A stretch of DNA of 20,000 nucleotides from an uncultured virus (IMG/VR IMGVR_UViG_3300049255_000219) (taxonomy: Duplodnaviria > Heunggongvirae > Uroviricota > Caudoviricetes): IMG/VR virus record IMGVR_UViG_3300049255_000219; one strand, 5' to 3'. The position numbers were made by a program, and so were the translations under genes. The notes beneath the pieces are model-generated. The model ran no database searches. It had not been told where the DNA came from and saw only the letters and a list, made by a program, of their open reading frames with translations. Every line of letters starts with the position of its first letter. Within the stretch, counting starts at the first letter, position 1. Below are positions 1-6,855 of the stretch, piece by piece.

Positions 1-1
1 C

Positions 2-235
2 GGCAGCGGCGACACGACCGGCACCGACCTTGGCGACAAGAGTTTTTACGGATTCCGGCTCAATCCGCAAAACGGGCACCTAAACGTCGAAGTCATCAAC
101 GACGGCGTCACTGTCGTGTCCATGCCAGACCCCTCGGTCATACGCGCCGACGACTACCGGCAATTCGTGTGGACGCAAGACACGCTCGGCTTTTCTTTCG
201 ATGCCAACGGCCATCTTCTTTTGACTATTTATTGA
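2..235 (+). CDS. 3' part of a phage virion/tail-associated protein (truncated by window edge)
   Basis: Frame 2 is open from base 2 to TGA at 233-235 (GSGDTTGTDLGDKSFYGFRLNPQNGHLNVEVIND...GHLLLTIY*), with GC3-rich codons, 18 nt upstream of the next gene. Not in the ORF track because the start lies outside the window. Confidence 0.75.
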   Translation, partial: GSGDTTGTDLGDKSFYGFRLNPQNGHLNVEVINDGVTVVSMPDPSVIRADDYRQFVWTQDTLGFSFDANGHLLLTIY

Positions 236-253
236 CCATCCATTGAGGAACAC

Positions 254-1612
254 ATGACGCAAATCATTGATCTCGGCAAGCTGCGCTTTCATTTTGCCGG
301 CGACTGGCTCGCGACCACGATTTATGAGGCGAACGATATCGTGAAATACGGCGGCAACGTCTATTGCTACACGTTCGCGCTGGCCCAGGCCGGCATCCTG
401 CCGACCGACACCACCCACTGGGCGCTGATGGTCAAGGGCTTCAATTTCACTGGCACCTTCCTGCCGGCCCAGGCTTACCACGTAGGCGAAGCGGTCGCAT
501 ACGGCGGCAAGGTCTATGTCGCAGTTGCCGACAACACGGGACAGATTCCGCCGAATGCCACCTACTGGTCGCAGTTCGCGGACGGCGTCGAATTCATGGG
601 CGCGTACTCCGGCGCTACGCCCTACAAGAAGAACGACATGGTGATCTATGGCGGCAGCGTCTATATCGCCAATATCGACACGACCGCCAACCTGCCGAGC
701 AACGCGACTTACTGGACGCCCTTTGTTTCCGGTATCAATCCACAGGGTATCTATAACGCCGCCACCGCCTATGTCAAAAACGATGTCGTGGCCTACGGTG
801 GCAGCGTCTACATTGCGCTTGGCAACACCACCGGCAACCTGCCCAGCAATCCCACCTACTGGCAGGCATTCGTTGCCGGCATAGCGCCCAAAGGAGCGTA
901 TTCGGCTGTGGCGGGTTACGTCAAGGGCGACATGGTTTCCTATGGCGCGAACTGCTATGTCGCCAAAGGCGACACCACGGGCAACCTGCCGACCAATGCA
1001 GCGTTCTGGACGCTGCTAACGCAAAGCGTGGCCAATCGCGGCGCGTATGCCGGCGCGACCCAGTATTACATGAACGACCAGGTGGTATTCGGCGGCAGTC
1101 TGTACCAGGCCAGGCAGGACACGCTCGGCAACGACCCGACCAGCCCCGCCAACTGGTCGCTGGTTGTCTCAGGTTTCCGGCTGATCGGACCATGGGCAAC
1201 CGCTACCCAGTATTACGTCAACGACATCGTCAGCTATGGCGGCAACACCTATGTCGCCCTGACCTATCACGCATCGGCCGCGTTCCAGGCCGACCTTGCC
1301 GCCGCCAGGTGGCAGAAATTCAATGGCGGCATCCGCTGGCGCGGCGTGTGGGGGACTGGCACCAGCTATCTGGCGAACGACATCGTCACTGACAACATCA
1401 GCACCTATATCGCACTGGTCGATCACGTGGCTGGCGTGTCGATCGCGTCCGATCTCACCGCTTCCAACCTGCAGGTGCTGGCGCTGGGCCAGAGCGTGCT
1501 GCCCAACATGACAGGCAAGGCCGGGCTGGTGCTCGGCAACGATGGCGTCAACCCGCTCTGGGTACAGGGGGTGTCCAGGATGAAAACCGCATTTTATGCG
1601 TCTCAATTTTAG
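254..1612 (+). CDS. Phage tail fibre/virion protein with 8 tandem CBM5/12 (ChtBD3)-like repeats
   Basis: RBS GAGGA at about 246. Eight ~49-aa repeats of the form Y-x3-D-x-V-x-YGG-x-x-Y-x-A...TG-N-L-P-x-N-x-x-x-W. The N-terminal IDLGKLRF..GDW and C-terminal LPNMTGKAGLVLGNDG motifs are typical of phage fibre proteins. Confidence 0.8.
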   Translation: MTQIIDLGKLRFHFAGDWLATTIYEANDIVKYGGNVYCYTFALAQAGILPTDTTHWALMVKGFNFTGTFLPAQAYHVGEAVAYGGKVYVAVADNTGQIPPNATYWSQFADGVEFMGAYSGATPYKKNDMVIYGGSVYIANIDTTANLPSNATYWTPFVSGINPQGIYNAATAYVKNDVVAYGGSVYIALGNTTGNLPSNPTYWQAFVAGIAPKGAYSAVAGYVKGDMVSYGANCYVAKGDTTGNLPTNAAFWTLLTQSVANRGAYAGATQYYMNDQVVFGGSLYQARQDTLGNDPTSPANWSLVVSGFRLIGPWATATQYYVNDIVSYGGNTYVALTYHASAAFQADLAAARWQKFNGGIRWRGVWGTGTSYLANDIVTDNISTYIALVDHVAGVSIASDLTASNLQVLALGQSVLPNMTGKAGLVLGNDGVNPLWVQGVSRMKTAFYASQF

Positions 1613-1640
1613 CATCGCAATTTTAACGAGGAAAACAAGC

Positions 1641-1952
1641 ATGGCAATTCTAGGAAAGCAGTCGCCCGCAGCGGCCACCGAAGCCGTTCTCTATACAGTC
1701 AGCGCGGGAAAGAACGGGCTAGCGGCAGTCGAGGTTTGCAACAGGAACGCGGTACCGGTCAAGATCCGCGTGGCACTGCGCAGCGTCGGTGAAAACGCGA
1801 CGCTCGCGGCAAGTTATATCGAATACGACACGCCGATTCCGGCCAACGGCATGTTCGAGCGTACTGGCATCCAGCTGACGGCCAGCGAGGCGATCACGGT
1901 GCAGTCGGACACCGCCAATACCAACTTTATCGCCCTTGGGCTGGAGGAATAA
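1641..1952 (+). CDS. Small beta-rich phage virion structural protein (103 aa)
   Basis: ATG at 1641 preceded by GAGGAAA, a better start than 1596. The sequence MAILGKQSPAAATEAVLYTV...VCNRN...YIEYD...FERTGI resembles small structural proteins that follow tail fibres. Confidence 0.7.
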   Translation: MAILGKQSPAAATEAVLYTVSAGKNGLAAVEVCNRNAVPVKIRVALRSVGENATLAASYIEYDTPIPANGMFERTGIQLTASEAITVQSDTANTNFIALGLEE

Positions 1953-1954
1953 GT

Positions 1955-3376
1955 ATGGGACGCAATATCACCGCAATGCCGGTAGCTGTAAACAATGTGA
2001 TCAGTCCGTCGCACCAGATGTCAGCCGCCTCTTTGCCGCGCGCGTCGTATGCGATCATTTCAGCCAACTCGTCCAGCACGATCAATGAAACCGTGTTCCT
2101 CGACGCGGAGTTTCGCGCCATTGCGCCATACAACGCCGGACCGGTGGGTGCGAGCCAGGCGACGGGCGGCGGCGCGTCTGCTGCGTTTGACCGCTTCCTC
2201 GCAACCTACAAGGATCATGCCCAGACCTCCGGCGCCTACAACGGCGCGCCGACACAAACGCAGCCCAGCTCCAACGGCACCACCAGCGCCTGGGTCAATG
2301 CCACCAACAATAGCGGCGAATTCGGCAACGACAATACCTGGGTATCCGAGCGCGGCCTGCAAGGCAACACGGTCCAGCGCGCCGGCACGAATACCGTCAT
2401 GGCGCAGACGAATTTTTCGTACATCAACAGCGATCACAAGGACCGCAATACGGTCCTGACGCTCAATGGCGGCCAGGTGTCGCTGACCAGCCGCTGGCGC
2501 CCGACGCCGCCTACTTTGCTCGCGCTGCAAAAGAGCAAGACGCGCACCAAATCCATCGCCGCGCAGTTCGGCGCCGGATCGCAGATCACAAGCCAGTTCG
2601 GCTCGGCTTCCTACAACAACGTGCGCAAGGAATTCGTCACGGTCGCCTATAACTCGAGCGTCGCCGGCCAGTACGATGTGAAGATCTGGAAGAACATCAA
2701 CTTCGATGCAGTGGACGTGACCGCGCTAGGCGTGCCGGACGTCGCGCAAACCGTGAACATGAACACGGTCAGCGGATGGGGATCGAATACCACCGAGTCG
2801 CAGTACCGCGTGACGCCGGTGCTGGTCGACAGCGGTGACATCTATCTGGTGGCATTCTTCCCGTCGGCCGCCATACGCCTGTTCAAGATGGTGCGGACCG
2901 GCGGCGACACGACGAACACCTTCATATTGGTCGATTCCATCAGCACGACCACCAGCTACGGGCTGGAGCAGGGTAGCGACTATGGCATGAAAACCATGCA
3001 GTCGCGCAACGGCCAGCTCGTCATCTGCTTCTGCCCGTATTACTACTACGGCGCCGGGATCGAATCTTTCGTGGTCGACAAGCGCAACAGTTCCTGGGCG
3101 CGCGGCTTCCAGTATGCGCTGACAAGCGGAGGCTGTCAGGTCTTGCCGTATGGCGACGATGGCTTCGCGAACTGGTTCGCCGGCAACTACTACGCGAGCA
3201 ACAATCAGGGCGCATACATCCAAGGTGTTGTCACGCCCGGCGTGACTGCGGGCGCGTCGCCGGTGTGGACCAATGCCAACCTGTACCTGCCGGTCGCCAC
3301 CGCCCCGAATACGACGAACTACCCGGGCATGAGCCAGGTGTGGGAGTTCGCCCTGCAATCCGAATTGCCCTACTAA
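1955..3376 (+). CDS. Putative tail fibre/receptor-binding virion protein (473 aa)
   Basis: RBS GGAGG in the end of the preceding gene. S/T/N/G/Y-rich, beta-strand-like composition. Located in the tail module directly before a chaperone-like gene. Confidence 0.6.
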   Translation: MGRNITAMPVAVNNVISPSHQMSAASLPRASYAIISANSSSTINETVFLDAEFRAIAPYNAGPVGASQATGGGASAAFDRFLATYKDHAQTSGAYNGAPTQTQPSSNGTTSAWVNATNNSGEFGNDNTWVSERGLQGNTVQRAGTNTVMAQTNFSYINSDHKDRNTVLTLNGGQVSLTSRWRPTPPTLLALQKSKTRTKSIAAQFGAGSQITSQFGSASYNNVRKEFVTVAYNSSVAGQYDVKIWKNINFDAVDVTALGVPDVAQTVNMNTVSGWGSNTTESQYRVTPVLVDSGDIYLVAFFPSAAIRLFKMVRTGGDTTNTFILVDSISTTTSYGLEQGSDYGMKTMQSRNGQLVICFCPYYYYGAGIESFVVDKRNSSWARGFQYALTSGGCQVLPYGDDGFANWFAGNYYASNNQGAYIQGVVTPGVTAGASPVWTNANLYLPVATAPNTTNYPGMSQVWEFALQSELPY

Positions 3377-3391
3377 TAAAGGAGCACAAAT

Positions 3392-3865
3392 ATGTACATC
3401 ACTTTTCATGACAAGGGCGGTGCCTCGATCTCCGAGGTCGACGGCGATTATCCGCTGCCGGACGGCGGCTCGACTCTTGCCTGCCGCTACCAGCTGGTCA
3501 ACGGCGTCGTGACTGATCTGTATCCGGGTAAAGCCGATGCCGATGTCATCGCCGCGCTGCATGCGAATGACGTAGCGCTGACGACCGCACTGGAGGCGAC
3601 GCACAATCCACCCACAACCGTCCTGACCCGACTGGCATTCATGGAACTGTTCACGTCGGACGAACTGGAGGCGATCTATACCGCAGCCAGAACCGTCGTG
3701 GCAGTCGAAGTGTATCTGGACAAGCTGAAAGTGTCCGATGTGATCGATCTGGCCAATAGCGCGACTGTCGCCGGCATCGGCAAACTGCAATCTGCCGGTT
3801 TGCTGACGGCGGAACGCGCTGCGGCCATTCTGGCGAATGGCGCACCGGCTGCCGCCACGCCGTAA
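3392..3865 (+). CDS. Phage tail-fibre-associated (assembly/chaperone-like) protein
   Basis: RBS AAGGAG at about 3379. The C-terminal helical domain LTRLAFMELFT.DE...I..AA...IDL...L...GLLT.ERA..IL is common in genes just downstream of tail fibres. Confidence 0.6.
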   Translation: MYITFHDKGGASISEVDGDYPLPDGGSTLACRYQLVNGVVTDLYPGKADADVIAALHANDVALTTALEATHNPPTTVLTRLAFMELFTSDELEAIYTAARTVVAVEVYLDKLKVSDVIDLANSATVAGIGKLQSAGLLTAERAAAILANGAPAAATP

Positions 3866-3889
3866 CCCACCAACAATCGATGCCCCATC

Positions 3890-3913
3890 AAACCACCTTC
3901 GGGTGGTTTTTTT
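3890..3913 (+). terminator. Rho-independent terminator
   Basis: AAACCACC-TTCG-GGTGGTTT stem with a cUUCGg tetraloop followed by a T run, between the tail and lysis modules. Confidence 0.85.
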
Positions 3914-3931
3914 ATGGGCGAAAGGAATGTC

Positions 3932-4306
3932 ATGCCAATAGATCAGGAACGCATCACCCGCGTCGAGTCGAAGGTCGAGTTTCTCGAGAGCGACCATGAA
4001 AGGCTGCAGGCGGCATTGCTCCGCCTGGCCGACGACATGCACCACATGGCGCTGGTCAACGCCGAACGGGCGGAAGACCGGCGCGCCATGGAGCGCGCCT
4101 TCAGCCAGCTGGAACTGGACAAGGCGGAATTCGCCCGCCTCTGGGCCAGGACCGACGCCATTGTCGAAGCCCATGCCGCCGCTGAGCGAAAGCGCATGGA
4201 AGACGCACTGAAAGAAAAGAGCAAATGGATCGGCGAGCTGATCAAAACGGCCCTTGCGATCGGCGCAGCCATGTTGCTTTACCACCTCGGGATACATCCA
4301 TTATGA
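3932..4306 (+). CDS. Coiled-coil protein with C-terminal transmembrane helix (holin/antiholin-like lysis accessory)
   Basis: ATG 3932 after AAAGGA; the 3914 start directly abuts the terminator T tract. Charged heptad-like N-terminus, then hydrophobic LIKTALAIGAAMLLYHLGI. ATGA overlap with the next gene. Confidence 0.6.
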   Translation: MPIDQERITRVESKVEFLESDHERLQAALLRLADDMHHMALVNAERAEDRRAMERAFSQLELDKAEFARLWARTDAIVEAHAAAERKRMEDALKEKSKWIGELIKTALAIGAAMLLYHLGIHPL

Positions 4307-4734
4307 ACACACCAGCACACGAACACGCCATCCACGAAACCATCACCATCGATGTGTTTTACCCGGACCATCCGCCGCGCACCGAGAGCGCCGTTTTCAG
4401 GGCGACAAAGCTGCACTGGCACTCCCGACATGCCGCTTGCGGAGTCTGTGGGTCAACGGAGCGGATCGAAATTCATCACCGGTTCATTGAATGGGCCGAC
4501 AGCGACGGCGTTGACTGGGACAAGGTCAAAGCCCCGCATCCAGACTTCGACTGGACCACGTTCCATGTCGCCGCTGACTTCATCGACAGCGTCTACAACA
4601 CCGAGCCCTTGTGCGAAAAGCACCATCGCGGCCCGGCGCCGCATGGGAAACATCTGACGCCGGAGCCGATCTGGAACATGCAGAAATACCAGCGGGCCGA
4701 TTTTGTGTATGCACCCGATGAGGTGAAATCATGA
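4303..4734 (+). CDS. HNH-like Zn-binding endonuclease-fold protein
   Basis: ATG at 4303 overlaps the upstream stop (ATGA). Motifs CGVCG...IEIHH...N.EPLCEKHH fit the HNH/McrA-type fold. Confidence 0.65.
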   Translation: MNTPAHEHAIHETITIDVFYPDHPPRTESAVFRATKLHWHSRHAACGVCGSTERIEIHHRFIEWADSDGVDWDKVKAPHPDFDWTTFHVAADFIDSVYNTEPLCEKHHRGPAPHGKHLTPEPIWNMQKYQRADFVYAPDEVKS

Positions 4735-5192
4735 ATCCGGACGACTTCATCGCGGCGATCGGGCCAGCCGCACAGGCATCGATGGCGCACACGAAAATTC
4801 CGGCCAGCTTTGCCATCGCAGAAGGCGCACTCGAATCCGGCTGGGGCAAGTCGCAGCTCGCGGTCGACGGCCACAACCTGTTTGGCGTCAAGGCCGACCC
4901 GGCGTGGCATGGGGACATTCTCTCGATGCGCACGCGCGAGTTCATCAAAGGTGAATGGGTCATCGTGCCGGCCAACTGGCGCAAGTATCCGGACTGGCTG
5001 TCCTGCATCACGGATCACGCTGCCTTCCTGCTGACCAACCCGCGCTACCAGCCTGCATTCGCGCAATGCGGTGATGCCGAAGCATTTACCCGCGCCGTCG
5101 CGGCTGCCGGTTATGCGACCGACCCCGACTACGCCAGCAAGATCATTGCCGTGATTCGAGCGCACTCGCTGACGCGCTTCGATTCCGCCTGA
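4731..5192 (+). CDS. Endolysin, GH73 (FlgJ-like glucosaminidase/muramidase)
   Basis: Motifs ALESGWGKS, HNLFGVKA, TREF, LLTNPRY, GYATDPDYA.K are hallmark GH73/FlgJ. No signal peptide. Confidence 0.92.
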   Translation: MNPDDFIAAIGPAAQASMAHTKIPASFAIAEGALESGWGKSQLAVDGHNLFGVKADPAWHGDILSMRTREFIKGEWVIVPANWRKYPDWLSCITDHAAFLLTNPRYQPAFAQCGDAEAFTRAVAAAGYATDPDYASKIIAVIRAHSLTRFDSA

Positions 5193-5197
5193 CCACC

Positions 5198-5218
5198 GGC
5201 CAGGCAACCGGCCTTTTT
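5198..5218 (+). terminator. Possible weak intrinsic terminator after endolysin
   Basis: GGCCAG-GCAA-CCGGCC (one mismatch, GNRA loop) followed by TTTTT. Confidence 0.4.
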
Positions 5219-5234
5219 CGATAAGGAGATCGCA

Positions 5235-5414
5235 ATGATCGTGAAGACGCTCATTTTTTGCCTAGTGCTGTCCATGTGGTTCGCTCTGGTGGTGATTGGC
5301 AAAGCTGATCCCGGCTCGTTCATCGCCGCCCTGCAGGCCATCCTGGTCGGCGGCGGCGTGTTCCATGCCGTCATGACCAACCCAAACGGAGGTCAGGGTG
5401 CGGACAAGTCATAA
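5235..5414 (+). CDS. Small 2-TM membrane protein, probable holin (59 aa; below ORF-track cutoff)
   Basis: Strong RBS TAAGGAG at 5222-5228. Translation MIVKTLIFCLVLSMWFALVVIGKADPGSFIAALQAILVGGGVFHAVMTNPNGGQGADKS* has two hydrophobic helices. Adjacent to the endolysin. Confidence 0.75.
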   Translation: MIVKTLIFCLVLSMWFALVVIGKADPGSFIAALQAILVGGGVFHAVMTNPNGGQGADKS

Positions 5415-5580
5415 CGTCGTCGTCCTCATCCTGGCCTCTTTCATCCTGGCTGGCTGCGCATCATGCCGGCCCGAAGCCGTACCTGTCTTTCAACCTGCAA
5501 CCGAACATCCCGCTACCGAATCGGTGCGGGCCACCCTCGACAGAATCGAATCTGTCACCTTCCTTCACTGTCAATTTTAG
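5398..5580 (+). CDS. Small lipoprotein (o-spanin-like candidate)
   Basis: GTG start after GGAGG. Signal peptide II with lipobox LAG-C. Pro-containing mature region ending in ...FLHCQF. Confidence 0.65.
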   Translation: MRTSHNVVVLILASFILAGCASCRPEAVPVFQPATEHPATESVRATLDRIESVTFLHCQF

Positions 5581-5590
5581 GAGTCATACC

Positions 5591-5950
5591 ATGTTAACTT
5601 TTCTAGCCACACTCGAAGCCATCGCCCAGATTCTTCCTGCCCTGAACTCGCTGGTCCTTGCCGCGGAGGCGATTCACCCCGGGCCGAACCTGGGGCAAAG
5701 CAAGTTGAATACCGTACTGAACACCGTGCAGGGTGCGCTCACCGCCACCGGACAGGCCGTGGTCACGTATGAGCAGATCAAGCCGGCCGTTGTCGGCGCC
5801 GTTTCCGGTATCGTCGCCACGTACAACGCGTCTGGCGGCTTCCCGTTGCCGGTGTCGCCAACTGCAGCGCCCGCATTACCTACGACGCCTGCAACGCCCG
5901 TCGATCCAGTTGCACAGACTGCACCGACTGGAACCGGAGCCGCGCAATGA
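5591..5950 (+). CDS. Hypothetical amphipathic protein with Pro/Thr-rich tail (lysis-region; loosely LL-H holin-like)
   Basis: RBS AGGAG at 5579. Pattern LV.AAE....G.G..KL..V. Low-complexity P/T/A C-terminus. ATGA overlap with the patatin gene. Confidence 0.55.
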   Translation: MLTFLATLEAIAQILPALNSLVLAAEAIHPGPNLGQSKLNTVLNTVQGALTATGQAVVTYEQIKPAVVGAVSGIVATYNASGGFPLPVSPTAAPALPTTPATPVDPVAQTAPTGTGAAQ

Positions 5951-6765
5951 AGCCGCTGCGGGTTGCTCTCAGCGGTTCGGGATTCAAGTTCCCGGCGCAC
6001 GTCGGTGCGCTGCTCGCGATCCGGGACGCCGGCTACACGCCGGTTGAAATCGCCGGCACATCCGGCGGCTCGATTGTGGCAACGCTGGCGGCCTGCGGCA
6101 TGCCGCTCGACGCCATGCGCGACCTGACCTTGTCGCACGACTGGTCGGGCATGCTGTCGTTCTCGCCATGGTCGCTGCTAGCCAACCTTGGGTACTGTTC
6201 CGGCAACGCATTGCTTGACTGGATCACGGAAAACACCGGCGGCAAGACGTTCGCGGATCTGGACATCGACCTGATCGTCATGGCATCGAACGTGGCAACC
6301 GAACAGCCGTTCGAGTTCAGCAAGGCGGCCACGCCGGACGCGCCGGTCGCTCTCGCTGCGCGCGCATCGGCATCGATCCCGTTTGTCTATGCGCCGGTGA
6401 CCATGACCAGCGCGGCCGACACGCCGGTCTTGCTGATGGATGGCGGGATGGTCAACAACATCCCGGTCGACAAGTTGACCGTCGACGCGCTACCCCGGAT
6501 CGGCATTCAGCTGGTTGCCAAACAGTCGTCGCTCGGTGCCGGCACGCATTCGATCTTCGACATCGCGCCGCGCGTCATCGACCTGATCCTGTCCGCAAAC
6601 GAAAACACCCATGTGGAACTGGACCAGCAGGATGGTGCCAAGTTTGCATTTGTCGAAACAGGTTATGCATCGGGACTCGACCGCAACATGCCCGCCGCCA
6701 TCCGCACCCGGCTGATGCAGGACGGGTACGAAGCCACCAAAAATACGCTGGCTGCATTCGCGTAA
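5947..6765 (+). CDS. Patatin-like phospholipase
   Basis: Oxyanion loop variant LSGSGFK, nucleophile GTSGG, ASASIP and catalytic DGG motifs. Confidence 0.92.
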   Translation: MKPLRVALSGSGFKFPAHVGALLAIRDAGYTPVEIAGTSGGSIVATLAACGMPLDAMRDLTLSHDWSGMLSFSPWSLLANLGYCSGNALLDWITENTGGKTFADLDIDLIVMASNVATEQPFEFSKAATPDAPVALAARASASIPFVYAPVTMTSAADTPVLLMDGGMVNNIPVDKLTVDALPRIGIQLVAKQSSLGAGTHSIFDIAPRVIDLILSANENTHVELDQQDGAKFAFVETGYASGLDRNMPAAIRTRLMQDGYEATKNTLAAFA

Positions 6766-6855
6766 TCCAGGCCATCGGCCTGATCGCCCGGCATCGCCTG
6801 CACCACGCATGGCAATGCCTCGGCAATCCAGATAAGTAAATCACAGGAAAATTCC

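Noticed and set aside
254..1500. Repeats as CRISPR array or DGR template/variable repeat
   Set aside because: The repeats are conserved at protein level and degenerate at synonymous sites. There are no identical repeat-spacer units, no adenine-specific mismatch pattern was noticed, and no reverse transcriptase or cas gene is in the window.
2726..4297. 523-aa minus-strand ORF
   Set aside because: Antisense shadow of three well-supported + strand genes, crossing a terminator. No motifs, and such ORFs are expected in high-GC3 DNA.
5947..6765. Patatin as CBASS CapV effector
   Set aside because: No CD-NTase or Cap2/3 nearby. The gene is coupled to phage lysis-region genes and has phage-like codon usage.
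6768..6782. Hairpin CAGGCC-ATC-GGCCTG after patatin as terminator
   Set aside because: Short stem with no U tract, so support is insufficient.
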